From a bacterium (GTDB lineage: Bacteria > Hydrothermota > Tepidihabitantia > SM23-42 > JAOAFX01), in NCBI GenBank assembly GCA_036382775.1, contig DASVHD010000028.1, forward strand, positions 6,306 through 70,305: a stretch of DNA of 64,000 nt, in the 5' to 3' direction. The translations under genes and the position numbers were made by a program. Positions within the stretch are counted from its first letter, which is position 1. The number at the start of each line of letters is the position of its first letter. The notes under the pieces are model-generated. The model was not told where the DNA came from, did no database searches, and worked only from the letters and a program-made list of their open reading frames with translations. Shown here in pieces: positions 1 through 10,295 of this stretch.

Positions 1-148
1 GATATTTTGGGCGAGGTATATTGTATGTTCACGTTAAAATATCTCCTTTTATTTTTTATTTTTATTATATACCATTATATTGGAAATTCAGCATGATGTC
101 AACAACACGAATTACCGCATGATATTTCGACAGATTTCACGTTGCCTA

Positions 149-177
149 TTGACAAATACCCTGGATTTAAGTATCAT
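149..177 (+). promoter_or_regulatory. sigma70-like promoter (TTGACA-17-TATCAT) upstream of first CDS
   Basis: TTGACA at 149-154, 17-nt spacer, TATCAT at 172-177; AGGAGG SD at about 226-231 before ATG 238. Confidence 0.45.
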
Positions 178-237
178 ACAATACATATAATAGTTGAAAT
201 ATAAATAATTTTGTAGCAATAATCAAAGGAGGATGGG

Positions 238-1668
238 ATGTCTGCAAAAATGTTAAAATTATGCATATCAATAATTCTTGCATCATGTTTTACGCAAACA
301 ATATATGCCGGTGTCTGGACTACCAGCCATGCTGATGTGGACGGCGACGGTTCAGATGAGGGCATTGATTATGTGATCGGTATCAATGGCGAACATAATA
401 TCCCCTACGTTTATTTACCGACAGCCCATTTCATCGCCTGGAATACCGCGCGCACCTGCATGTCGATCCATAAATTACGGCAGGTGATCCTGGAAAACGG
501 CAATCGCATCCTTGATACCGGCGAACCGTCAATGCCCAACTGGGATGAGTTCAACTACATCGACACTTATTATGACACCATGTACAGTTATTATGAAAAC
601 AGCAACGGGACGATCGTGACGCACTGGGAATCACAGTATGCCATCCTGGAACGCATCGTCAGTCTCAACGACATTTACGGCATAAATCGTTACAAATTGT
701 GGAAAAAATGCGGTATATCTTCGAACTATCTTGGCGAAACCGCCCTGCTCGCGGTCTGGAATGACGGCATGACCACGATCGAACAGGCAAAACAATATGT
801 GCTCGATAAGTTACAGCAGTACAAGAGCGTTTTTGCCGACAGCTTTACCGGTTTGACTGGATCCGATAATATCATGTTCAAAGCCGTCTATGTCTTTGAT
901 GATTTTGTCAGCCGGCTTGATAACTTCGCAGTTCTGTGCTGGGATGGTTATAATTACCAGTCACCGGATACGCGGGCGATCTGGGGGACTTTGCACCTTC
1001 CCGAGCCGTGCACCCTGCGCTGTGAAGTGAATTCCGGCGGCTCCACCGAACGGACTTTTGTTTATTGGCAAGGTTCGTGCAGCCAGGTCAGCTGCCTGCT
1101 GCGGATCGAACCGGAGGTCATAAACCTGAAGAGCCAGGGGGTCTTTACCGCGTTCATAACGTTTCCCGGCGGCTATGATCCCGGAACCGTTGATCTAACG
1201 ACGATCCAGTGCGAAGGTGCAAAGGCATATGAAGGCTTTGTGACACCTGGTGCTTATGTCGCTAAATTCCGCGTTCAAGACCTGGCGGGCATTGGTCCAG
1301 GCATCGTGCCTTTCCTTCTCACCGGTCAGTTCTATGACGGAACGCATTTCTTTGGCATCGACACGGTCCGGGTTATCATGCCTGGAGCGTATGTTTTGAC
1401 CTCAAAACCCAATCCCTGCCGTGATCATATTGTGTTTTCGTCAACAAATACCGACGCCGCCTTTAATTTAAACGACGCCGGCAATGTCCGCATCAGAGTT
1501 TATGACAATTCCGGTTGCCTGGTGAGAAAGCTGACCGGCACGTCATCCGCGGAGATCGATTGGGATCTGACGGATGAACACGGAAAAAGTGTGCCGCCGG
1601 GGATTTATTTCTGCGTAAGCGAATCAGGTGATAACACACTGACCAGCAAGATCACGATCCTGCGCTAG
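238..1668 (+). CDS. secreted hypothetical protein with T9SS (Por) C-terminal sorting domain
   Basis: N-terminal signal peptide (MSAKMLKLCISIILASCFTQTIYAG); last ~85 aa match type-A CTD pattern (VRIRVYDNSG..VRKL....DWDLTD..G..VPPGIYF); residues 288-380 share a ~93-aa module with CDS 10296..12395. Confidence 0.75.
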   Translation: MSAKMLKLCISIILASCFTQTIYAGVWTTSHADVDGDGSDEGIDYVIGINGEHNIPYVYLPTAHFIAWNTARTCMSIHKLRQVILENGNRILDTGEPSMPNWDEFNYIDTYYDTMYSYYENSNGTIVTHWESQYAILERIVSLNDIYGINRYKLWKKCGISSNYLGETALLAVWNDGMTTIEQAKQYVLDKLQQYKSVFADSFTGLTGSDNIMFKAVYVFDDFVSRLDNFAVLCWDGYNYQSPDTRAIWGTLHLPEPCTLRCEVNSGGSTERTFVYWQGSCSQVSCLLRIEPEVINLKSQGVFTAFITFPGGYDPGTVDLTTIQCEGAKAYEGFVTPGAYVAKFRVQDLAGIGPGIVPFLLTGQFYDGTHFFGIDTVRVIMPGAYVLTSKPNPCRDHIVFSSTNTDAAFNLNDAGNVRIRVYDNSGCLVRKLTGTSSAEIDWDLTDEHGKSVPPGIYFCVSESGDNTLTSKITILR

Positions 1669-2464
1669 GTTTTTGCGCGATCGCCGTCAGGTGATGAGCG
1701 AAATAGCTTAGTGGCGTGTGTATTAAGAAACGGTTAACTATCTTCAATAGTCCAAAGACCGGATTGATCACTTGATACGGGTGATTGATCACCATATCGG
1801 CTTTTTCACATTTCAACACATCGAAACCGCCAATTTTGAGAGCTTTGCGTATTTCGCTCAAGCTCCAGAGATACTCGTGTGATTCCCAACCTAGATTCCG
1901 GGCAATGAATTCGGTATAGGAACTGCGTTGGGGCAGTTGGAAGATATAAAACAACCCCCCTTTTTTTAATACCCGGTTGATCTCCTTCATAACACCGTTC
2001 ACCTCGGCCGGCGGGATGTGCTCGACCACCGCATACGCTACCACCGCATTGAAAAGACCATCCTGGTACGGGATCACGACACCATCATAGAACCCGAATT
2101 CCACCTTCTGCCGGGTCCTGATCACATCCCACACGTTCTTCATGCTCTCGTCGCGAGTTTTGATATGAGTTTCTGCCTTCCCTTTCAAGAAACCCTCGAG
2201 CGATTTGTCTTCTATCGTTTCCAGTCCATAGACCTCATAACCGGCATGCGCCAGCAGGTAGGCTTGTAATCCGATGCCGCACCCAAAATCCAGCACGCGT
2301 TGAGGCGGCGGCGACATGCGGTACATGAATTGCAGATCGGCTTTGACATTGGCAAGATGGCCTTTAGAAGAATATGCGCGGAAACATTTTTTCAGGAAAG
2401 CGAGTTCCTCGACCGATGCTTTTGCTTTGAGCGCATACCAGATCTCATTGATCCTGCTTTCCAT
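1652..2464 (-). CDS. class I SAM-dependent methyltransferase
   Basis: motif I VLDFGCGIGLQAYLLAHAGYEVYGLE, post-I acidic residue, LKKGGLFYI motif III-like. Confidence 0.8.
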   Translation of the reverse strand: MESRINEIWYALKAKASVEELAFLKKCFRAYSSKGHLANVKADLQFMYRMSPPPQRVLDFGCGIGLQAYLLAHAGYEVYGLETIEDKSLEGFLKGKAETHIKTRDESMKNVWDVIRTRQKVEFGFYDGVVIPYQDGLFNAVVAYAVVEHIPPAEVNGVMKEINRVLKKGGLFYIFQLPQRSSYTEFIARNLGWESHEYLWSLSEIRKALKIGGFDVLKCEKADMVINHPYQVINPVFGLLKIVNRFLIHTPLSYFAHHLTAIAQKPSAGS

Positions 2465-2665
2465 TTGAAATTATAAGGATATCCCTAATAATGTCAATAA
2501 TTAGCAGAATATGATATTCTGAAGAGATTCCTATTTGAAAAAATGTGTGATCCGCTTTAAGAAGATAGGAAGTCAGGGAAACGTCAACTTAGTGTGCATC
2601 AAAAGTTTAACCTAGTGACAAAAAATCAGTATTAGTGGTTTATTAACAATATGAAACAAAACCCG

Positions 2666-4399
2666 TCATTCAATTACTTTGAATTCAGTCCGCCGGTTTT
2701 GCGCCATACCCTCTTCAGTTATATTGGGAGCGATCGGTTGGGTATCCGCGTACCCCCGGGCAACGAGCCGCTCCGGGCCTACATTGAACTTATCGATCAA
2801 ATACTTACAGACCGCGGCCGCCCGGGCAAAAGAAAGCTCCCAGTTTGACGGATATTCCGTGGTTTGGATCTCGCGGGGATCCGTATGGCCGCCGACTTCA
2901 ACTGAGATATCTGGATTGTCGGTTAGGATCTTGCCTGCCTCGTCCAGCACGCTGAATGCTTCGGGTTTCAGATCGGCCTTGCCCGTGTCAAAATTGACGC
3001 CACGCAGCACGATCTTTTCGCGCTTTTTGATCAGATAAAATTCCCGTTCAGTAAGTTTGCCCGGTTCTATGACAAGCGAGCATGTTTGCGCAATATAACG
3101 CGGATCCGTGCCTGCTGCGATCAAGGTATAAACACCCGGCGGTAGATTGCGCAGAACAAAACTACCCGTCAGGGAATCATTATTGACTGTGCCGTACGCC
3201 ATACCCTGATAAACGACCTTAGCACCGATCGGCTTTTTGGTGACCGCATCAAACACAACCCCGCGCAGAATACCCGGTTTAGTCTGGTATAAATAGATGT
3301 ATTTTTCATGACGGCCCGCGGGTAGAATATACAGTGAGTCATAATTCTGGGGATAACCGGCAACAAAGATGCTTATGTACAACCATCCTTCAGGTAAATT
3401 TTTTGCTTCGTAGATGCTGGTCGGATTAGTCTTGATCTGCTCTTCCCGGATACCGGTAAGGATCATGTCGGCGACCAGCGGGACTTTCGTGTCTCCATCA
3501 CAGACCCTGATGGTTAACCTGTTCTGTCCTTCGATCACGCTTAAATTTCCGTTCAATCCGATACGGTGTGTCAGTCCGAGTTTACCATAGGGAACGAACG
3601 CGTAACTGAACTCCATGCCAGCATATTTAATCCCGAAGCCGGTGGTGAAGCCCGAAAGCCAGCCCAGCTCACCCAAAGAATACGGTCCGCTGCGCCATCC
3701 TCCCCGGATGCAGAATACCGGATTAATATAATACTCGGCGCCGGTATTTATCCGCAGCACATTGTCACGCGGCATCGTGAGATCCAGCAGAAGGTTTGCA
3801 TTTTTGATACCGCTAAAGCAGATTCCCAATTTCACGTCGGACGGCAAAGTTGATTTGTATGACAGATCCCTTACCGCTCCGCCCAGTGACCATTTTTCAT
3901 TTAATCTCAGCCGGACGCCGCAATCCAGAACAAGGTCATAAAATGATTGCTCGTACAGATCTTCAGCCACGATCTTCAGTCCGATCCCGGCGCCAAGATT
4001 TTCCCTGAGTTTCCGGCCGTAGCCAAGTGCCAGGATGCCGCTCCAGAGATCGGCGCTGCCCAGAGGATTGTTGTTATCATCCCAAATCTCGACATCCCGG
4101 ACCGTGGAGTACAATCCGCCCATTGCCAGGTACCCGTTGAATGCCGGCAGACCAAAGATTACGTACTCGTCCCTGAAATCCAGGAACCATTCCTGGTGCG
4201 ATAATGAGAACTGCAACTCATTGATCCACGCCAATCCGGCCGGATTCCAGGATAGCGCGCTAACGTCATCGCATAGGCCGGTAAAGGTTTCACCCATCGC
4301 CACCGGCCTTGGACCCAAACCGATCTTGAGGAACGGATACAAGGTGGTGCCGACATCATTTCCCGAGAGCAGGGCGGTAATATAGAATATTATGATCAC
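2666..4399 (-). CDS. OmpA-family outer-membrane protein: PorV/FadL-like beta-barrel + CarboxypepD_reg-like domain + OmpA C-terminal peptidoglycan-binding domain
   Basis: N-term VAMGETFTGLCDDVSALSWNPAGLA (PorV/FadL-type barrel signature); middle beta-sandwich (GVYTLIAAGTDPRY); C-term OmpA_C hallmark (LRGVNFDTGKADL...VEVGGHTD...NRRTEFKVIE). Confidence 0.7.
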   Translation of the reverse strand: MIIIFYITALLSGNDVGTTLYPFLKIGLGPRPVAMGETFTGLCDDVSALSWNPAGLAWINELQFSLSHQEWFLDFRDEYVIFGLPAFNGYLAMGGLYSTVRDVEIWDDNNNPLGSADLWSGILALGYGRKLRENLGAGIGLKIVAEDLYEQSFYDLVLDCGVRLRLNEKWSLGGAVRDLSYKSTLPSDVKLGICFSGIKNANLLLDLTMPRDNVLRINTGAEYYINPVFCIRGGWRSGPYSLGELGWLSGFTTGFGIKYAGMEFSYAFVPYGKLGLTHRIGLNGNLSVIEGQNRLTIRVCDGDTKVPLVADMILTGIREEQIKTNPTSIYEAKNLPEGWLYISIFVAGYPQNYDSLYILPAGRHEKYIYLYQTKPGILRGVVFDAVTKKPIGAKVVYQGMAYGTVNNDSLTGSFVLRNLPPGVYTLIAAGTDPRYIAQTCSLVIEPGKLTEREFYLIKKREKIVLRGVNFDTGKADLKPEAFSVLDEAGKILTDNPDISVEVGGHTDPREIQTTEYPSNWELSFARAAAVCKYLIDKFNVGPERLVARGYADTQPIAPNITEEGMAQNRRTEFKVIE

Positions 4400-4430
4400 A
4401 GCTTTACCTGAGCCGATCTTATTCTGCGCA

Positions 4431-7400
4431 TCATTTCAAGATCACCGCTTTCTTCTTGGCGGTCAGCCGCTCGCCGTCATTGGCCCGGAAGTCCATGATA
4501 TAGATGTAGGCACCCGGTGCCAGCATGGCCCCACTGTCATTGCGGCCATCCCATGGATAATAATGCACGCCAAAACGATAGTGCTCATTGTCAATGAGCT
4601 TTCTTACCAGCTCACCGGCGCGGTTATAGATCTCGAGGGTGACCCGGCCATCCTTGGGTATGCTGAAAATGAACTGTGTCTGGCTTCGGAAAGGGTTGCG
4701 GAAATTATGAACATCGAAAGGCGGCACCAGGATCGCCCTCAGGACAGTGCTGTCACGCACATCCTCGCGCATGCTGCACTGGCCATAGACTATTATATCG
4801 CAATGGATCAGAGTATCCACCAAACCGGTGAAATCAAAATGATCGGGGGCGTGCACCTTGATCTTGAACGGATCTTGTATGCCGGGCATTACCATGCCCA
4901 GATCGACCATGCCATCGCCATCGCTGTCGGTCAATGAACTGCCGGATTCCGTGACCGCCTCTACCTGCCAATCAGAGCCGCCGGTCGGGTTCAAGATTAT
5001 ATCCACGACATCGGCAACGCTGGCCTGCAACAGGGCGTGTACATTGAAGTCGATCGTTTGGCTGGTCTCGATCAACGCGTCTTGGTCCGGATCGATCAAT
5101 AAACTCCAGACCCCGCCGATCGCCTTCGTGATAATCCGCGCGTCATCAGTGATGGACGGATTATAACTGGAAAAGATGCGCACCATCAACGTGTCGGTCT
5201 CGCCCGGCGCGGCTGCTGATGGCACCTTCACCCGCGCGATCAAACTCTCGCCGCTGCCAAAGCCGTTGACGACCCCCAGATCGACCAAACCATCGCTGTC
5301 CGTATCGGTCAGCAAGGCGCCCGCAGGATCACGAAGCGAATAACTGAAATTGCCGCCGATGCAGGCGAGATCCAGCACCTCGGGAGCATTCCCGAGATTC
5401 TGACCATACAGCCAGTAATCAATGGAATCTCCTGAAAAACACGAGTCACTCTGATCAGGCGCAATCAACACTTGCGAAAAGACACCAGTGGTCAATATCA
5501 GCAGGGCTGAGTCCTGGATCGACGCATTAGCGCCCGAATAGCCATGCAGTACGATCGAATCCGAAACCCCAGCCGGGCTTGAGGACGGCACAAGCGCGCG
5601 CACGTTGAAATCGACCTCGCCGCCCAGCGCCGCAACCCCCGGAATATCCACCATGCTATTGCCGTTGTGGTCGATCAAGGGATTATTCAGTGAATCCAAT
5701 AGCTGGTATGTATAACCCAGCCGGTCAAGATATTCCACATCGATCGTATCGACTATGCTCTGGTTATTGCGGCAGACCAGCGGGAAAGTAAACCAGGAAC
5801 CAGGCGATCCGCTACCCGATTGATCGGGGTATACGATAATGGTCCCGAAAGCCTCCAGGATCGTTTGGACAATCGCGGAATCCGTTAACGTGCTATTGAT
5901 CGTGGAACGGCCCGACATGATCATCGTATCAACCTCATCCGGGACACTCGTGCCCGGCGGGGTTATAGAAATGATAAATCTGACTGAATCATGAGGCATA
6001 ACGACCAGATCGCCGATATTGTTTCCATTATGATCGATCAGCGTATCAATGCCGGTGCTGTCATAAAGGATGATCGGCCAGGTCTTATTATGAGCATAGG
6101 TAAGATCGAATGTGTCCTGGAATGCGCCGGTATTGACCGCCCGCATATCATACCGTATCTCAAAGCCGGCATAAGTATTGCCCGTCTGATCGGGATCAAT
6201 GCGGATACCCACCGAATACCCGATGACCGTGATGAGCGTGGCATTGTCGCTGACCGATTGGTCGTTATTGGAACGGCCGGTTACGACCAGGGTATCGACG
6301 TCTCCTAATTGAGCATTGCCCGGGGGGTAAACCATCGCGATGATCCCGATAGAATCCGCGTTATCAACCGTTACATCAGGCAATCCGTTCCCATTGTGGT
6401 CTGCTAATGGCATGGTGCCGGTTGAATCCAGCAGTGAAATCCCCCAGATCGTGTTGTGCTGTATTGAAAGATCAACAGTATCAATATTCGTGCCGTGGTT
6501 TATCACTCGCAGGAAGTAACCGACCGGAACGCCGTTCATGGTCGTGTCTGACTGGTCAGGGTCCACGAGGATCTCGATCACGCGGCGGATCGAGGTAATG
6601 AGCCGGACCGAATCCTGAAGTGCCGGTATCAGGTCAGATGTTCCATATAATCGAAGCGTATCGATCTCGCCACCCTGGGCATTGATGGGCGGCGTGATCT
6701 CAGCCACGATATCGACCGTATCGTTGATATCGATTATTACGTCCGGCAAGCTGTTGCCGTTATGATCAATCAGGGGATTTATTCCGGATGAATCGAACAG
6801 TCCGACTGGCCATGACGTATTATGGAGATAGGTCAGATCAACGGTGTCAAGTCCGATACCGATGTTGATGACTGAAACATTATAATCCGCCGCGACCGCG
6901 GGCAGCGTGCTGTCGGCCTGGTCAGGTTGCAGTATCAACCGGATCGAGGGCCCGTATTCAATGCGGACCTCATATAAATAAGGCAGATATGATGGATTCG
7001 CGTATATCAGTATGGCCTGGTATTGCAGGTACCGGGAATCTAGACTGTCGGCGATATCGTCGTTTTTGGCCAGCGAATCCCAGCCGCTCCAGGTTGAGTC
7101 CGGAACCGGCGAATCGCCGCTGCGCACGTACATGACGATATTCGATCCCGAAGGCAGGCTATCGTCCCAGTCAATGATCCCCCACCTGACTTCTTCTCCG
7201 GCATCGAACACCGAAGAAACGTAATCCTCATTGTATTGACGGTTATAGACATTGCCGATCTCACGGAACATGGCATGGTGATCGCCATCGCCGGCAAATG
7301 CAAAACTGGAAGTGTAGTTTGGACCCCAGAAAATGGGACTATTTCCATACCTATTATTTACGTATATATCGTATGCATTATCGCCATTAAGATCCGCGGT

Positions 7401-8444
7401 GAATCCACCCGTAGCCTCAACAGCATATCCGAAAACAAGTGTGTTACTGTCAGAAAAACCGGAAGCTGATCCCCAGTAAATTATTGACGGTGTTCCGGCT
7501 CGGAAAAAGGTCAGATCCAGATACCCGTCGCGGTTGATATCGCATGCACACGAACCGCCGTAAGTCGAACCCGTGTTAAGAGACTGATATGAACCATAAC
7601 CGGAAGCGCTGCCATAATAAATAAACGAACCGGATCCGCTGACCGACGTGAATACCAGATCAAGGTAATTGTCGCCATTGAAATCGGCGACGGTTGCTCC
7701 ATGAGGAGTGCTGGCAGGTGCCGGAAGTGCAGTCATATCCCCGGTTGAATAACCGCTTATGCTTCCCCAATAAATGTAATTTTCAGAGCCATAATTATTA
7801 ACGAAAATGATATCATAATATCCGTCGCGGTTCAGGTCGGCGACTTCTGTATTATGAGCGCCATACTCGTTTGGCAGATCGATGCGATTACTCCATGAAT
7901 AACCGGCGGCACTACCCCAAAAAATTGAACCCGTATTATCGTTCACAGTCGTACCGCAGATGATATCGATATAACCGTCTCGGTTTAAATCCGCGGTATA
8001 ACAGACTTCGTTACTGATCATGGAAATATTGGTACTGTTGCCAGGATTGAACCCGCTTGCCGAACCCCAATATATGGCAAGCCGAGAAGACGCATTACCA
8101 TGGGATACGATAAAATCCGGCCAATTATCGAAATTTAGATCACCGCCGTTGCAATTGCCTGAACCATTAGAAGGGAAACTGTACTTATTGCTGTTGGAAT
8201 ATCCGCTGCCACTTCCCCAACAAATGGAAATACCACTGGGGTTGGAGAGGAACAGATCAATAAAACCATCGTTGTTCAGGTCAAAACGGGAAGTAAATTC
8301 CACGGTGCCACCTAAGCGCTGCGAACCGTAAATATTCACTTCATATTGTCCATCGCGGAAATCATCCTGAGTGGTCTCGACCCATGTACCCTGAGCGAAC
8401 AGCCAATGAAGTAATATGCTGCCGATTATCCCGAAGTGTTTCAA
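4431..8444 (-). CDS. giant secreted FG-GAP beta-propeller protein with ~7 internal ~105-aa tandem Ig/CARDB-like repeats and T9SS C-terminal sorting domain
   Basis: signal peptide; >=6 FG-GAP-like blades (DLNNDGFIDLF, DLNRDGYIDII, DFNGDNYLDLVF, DINRDGYLDLTF...); repeats with recurring DPDQ...DLTY.HN..W...L.DS.G...LIDHNGN..PD; C-terminal CTD (VTLEIYNRAGELVRKL...APGAYIY). Confidence 0.8.
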   Translation of the reverse strand: MKHFGIIGSILLHWLFAQGTWVETTQDDFRDGQYEVNIYGSQRLGGTVEFTSRFDLNNDGFIDLFLSNPSGISICWGSGSGYSNSNKYSFPSNGSGNCNGGDLNFDNWPDFIVSHGNASSRLAIYWGSASGFNPGNSTNISMISNEVCYTADLNRDGYIDIICGTTVNDNTGSIFWGSAAGYSWSNRIDLPNEYGAHNTEVADLNRDGYYDIIFVNNYGSENYIYWGSISGYSTGDMTALPAPASTPHGATVADFNGDNYLDLVFTSVSGSGSFIYYGSASGYGSYQSLNTGSTYGGSCACDINRDGYLDLTFFRAGTPSIIYWGSASGFSDSNTLVFGYAVEATGGFTADLNGDNAYDIYVNNRYGNSPIFWGPNYTSSFAFAGDGDHHAMFREIGNVYNRQYNEDYVSSVFDAGEEVRWGIIDWDDSLPSGSNIVMYVRSGDSPVPDSTWSGWDSLAKNDDIADSLDSRYLQYQAILIYANPSYLPYLYEVRIEYGPSIRLILQPDQADSTLPAVAADYNVSVINIGIGLDTVDLTYLHNTSWPVGLFDSSGINPLIDHNGNSLPDVIIDINDTVDIVAEITPPINAQGGEIDTLRLYGTSDLIPALQDSVRLITSIRRVIEILVDPDQSDTTMNGVPVGYFLRVINHGTNIDTVDLSIQHNTIWGISLLDSTGTMPLADHNGNGLPDVTVDNADSIGIIAMVYPPGNAQLGDVDTLVVTGRSNNDQSVSDNATLITVIGYSVGIRIDPDQTGNTYAGFEIRYDMRAVNTGAFQDTFDLTYAHNKTWPIILYDSTGIDTLIDHNGNNIGDLVVMPHDSVRFIISITPPGTSVPDEVDTMIMSGRSTINSTLTDSAIVQTILEAFGTIIVYPDQSGSGSPGSWFTFPLVCRNNQSIVDTIDVEYLDRLGYTYQLLDSLNNPLIDHNGNSMVDIPGVAALGGEVDFNVRALVPSSSPAGVSDSIVLHGYSGANASIQDSALLILTTGVFSQVLIAPDQSDSCFSGDSIDYWLYGQNLGNAPEVLDLACIGGNFSYSLRDPAGALLTDTDSDGLVDLGVVNGFGSGESLIARVKVPSAAAPGETDTLMVRIFSSYNPSITDDARIITKAIGGVWSLLIDPDQDALIETSQTIDFNVHALLQASVADVVDIILNPTGGSDWQVEAVTESGSSLTDSDGDGMVDLGMVMPGIQDPFKIKVHAPDHFDFTGLVDTLIHCDIIVYGQCSMREDVRDSTVLRAILVPPFDVHNFRNPFRSQTQFIFSIPKDGRVTLEIYNRAGELVRKLIDNEHYRFGVHYYPWDGRNDSGAMLAPGAYIYIMDFRANDGERLTAKKKAVILK

Positions 8445-10243
8445 GGTACTAACAGTATTATCTTCTTGCGCAAATAACTTTCAGACTGCCTTACTTCGAC
8501 AAAGTAAACGCCCTGCGGCAATTTCTCGCCATTATCATCACGACCGGACCACGAAAGTGTATGCCGCCCCTTTTCATGATCTTTTTCAAGCATTGAAGCA
8601 ACACACTGGCCAGAATTGTTATAGATCCTCAGTGCGATATCCTCGCCTTCTTTCATAAAATAGCAATTAATATTGACGCACCCAACAGCCGGATTAGGCA
8701 CGATGTGGACCTGTGGCCTTGTTATTTGACGACATTGGTGCTCTTTGACTGCAGACTCACCGATCGAGATCCTGGTTTCATACAAACAGGGTAAAAAACA
8801 CGGATCCGCGTATGAGAATACGGCCTTGTATTGGGCAAAACGAGCATTGAGCGAATCAGGGATTGAATCGCCGTTACTGAGTACTATCCATCCAGACCAT
8901 AGCATATCGGGATTTGGTGTGTCACCAGTCCTGATGTTGAACGAGATCGCGCTGCCGGCCGGCAAGCTGTCATCCCATTCAACAGTGCCCCAGTTGGCGA
9001 TCCCATTAGCGTCATAAATGGAAGAGATGTAATCTTCTCTATAGGTCCGATCATAGGTATTGCCGATTTCCTTGAATCGGCTATGGTTATCCCGTATATT
9101 CGCAACCGAGTCGCACATAGCGAAATTCGATCCGTAACATATGTAGTCATAGCTTCCAACACTATAGTTGCACAACAGGACGTCCAGGTGATCATCACGA
9201 TTAAAATCAGCGATCAATGCTCCGCTGCAATCAATGGACCTGCCCATCGGCGAACGGTTCGCATCAGTGAACCCGGTAGCCGATCCCCAATAAATATACG
9301 GGAATTCCTGAAAACCATAGCCCTTAAGAAACAATATATCAAGGTATCCGTCATTATCAAGGTCTGCAGTTGTCGCCCCGCCAAGACAATGTCCCGGGTG
9401 GAGTTTTGCAGATAATAAAAATTGGATTGAATCATAATAATAGACGTATGCGGAATCTCCGTCGTTCCATACCGGTATCACGATATCAAGATAACCGTTG
9501 TTATCAAAATCTGCGATCGCAGGACCGCGTGGCGTACCGGAAGGGCGGGCGAGATCGGTGCGGTTCGTAGGAGTATAGCCTTGTGGGCTACCCCAAAAAA
9601 GATATGCACAGTTATTTCCATTAATGTTGAGTAAGTCAAGCCAGCTGTCTTTATTGAAATCAGCGGCCTCCAGATGATTTATACCATTAAAGCTGGGGAA
9701 CGTATCTGCCCCGATTATCGATCCGGTCTGGCTAAGGTAGAATATCACTCCTATACCACTGCTGTACCGACCGATGGCCAAATCGATACGGCCATCCTTG
9801 TTAAAATCATTAAGATAGCAACTCTCATTCCATGAAGGAACGGTATAATCTATGTAACTCGATGGATCAGGTCCGGTTGGACTTCCCCAGAACATTCTGA
9901 CTATTGATGAACCCGCGCCGGGATCAGTACAAAACAATTCGGGATACCCGTCCAAATTTACATCAGAAACCTCGCATCCCTGGGCGCCATTGACCGGGTA
10001 TTCAGTTCGCACCAAATACCCGATTGTGCTGCCCCAGTATATATATGATATGCTCGATTGCTCATTGCATACGACGATATCCAGATATCCATCGCCGTTC
10101 AAATCCCACCTTGACACGAACTCTACAGCTCCCCCATTGTAGATAGATGCGTACAGGTTGCCTTCGAACCAACCATCCCTAAAGTCGCTCTGCGTGGTCT
10201 CGATCCATGTGGTCTGACAAAAAATCAAAAAAACAACAAGCAT
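8441..10243 (-). CDS. FG-GAP repeat protein with T9SS C-terminal sorting domain (paralog 2)
   Basis: N-term TWIETTQSDFRDGWFEGNLY...VEFVSRWDLNGDGYLDIVV matches the other two paralogs; conserved FKEIGNTYDRTYREDY module; CTD (ALRIYNNSGQCV...LPQGVYFVEV); 4-nt overlap (ATGA) with downstream gene. Confidence 0.8.
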   Translation of the reverse strand: MLVVFLIFCQTTWIETTQSDFRDGWFEGNLYASIYNGGAVEFVSRWDLNGDGYLDIVVCNEQSSISYIYWGSTIGYLVRTEYPVNGAQGCEVSDVNLDGYPELFCTDPGAGSSIVRMFWGSPTGPDPSSYIDYTVPSWNESCYLNDFNKDGRIDLAIGRYSSGIGVIFYLSQTGSIIGADTFPSFNGINHLEAADFNKDSWLDLLNINGNNCAYLFWGSPQGYTPTNRTDLARPSGTPRGPAIADFDNNGYLDIVIPVWNDGDSAYVYYYDSIQFLLSAKLHPGHCLGGATTADLDNDGYLDILFLKGYGFQEFPYIYWGSATGFTDANRSPMGRSIDCSGALIADFNRDDHLDVLLCNYSVGSYDYICYGSNFAMCDSVANIRDNHSRFKEIGNTYDRTYREDYISSIYDANGIANWGTVEWDDSLPAGSAISFNIRTGDTPNPDMLWSGWIVLSNGDSIPDSLNARFAQYKAVFSYADPCFLPCLYETRISIGESAVKEHQCRQITRPQVHIVPNPAVGCVNINCYFMKEGEDIALRIYNNSGQCVASMLEKDHEKGRHTLSWSGRDDNGEKLPQGVYFVEVRQSESYLRKKIILLVP

Positions 10244-10295
10244 TCCATCTCCTTATAGCACCCGTCTTATTAACTTTAAAAATAAAGGATTGAAG

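Noticed and set aside
2679-4937. Antisense ORFs inside the OmpA and FG-GAP genes (e.g. 2679..3038, 3566..3853, 4035..4385, 4392..4937, 4858..5166)
   Set aside because: They are embedded opposite long, well-supported coding regions in GC-rich DNA and have low-complexity Arg/Pro/Ser-rich translations typical of antisense artefacts.
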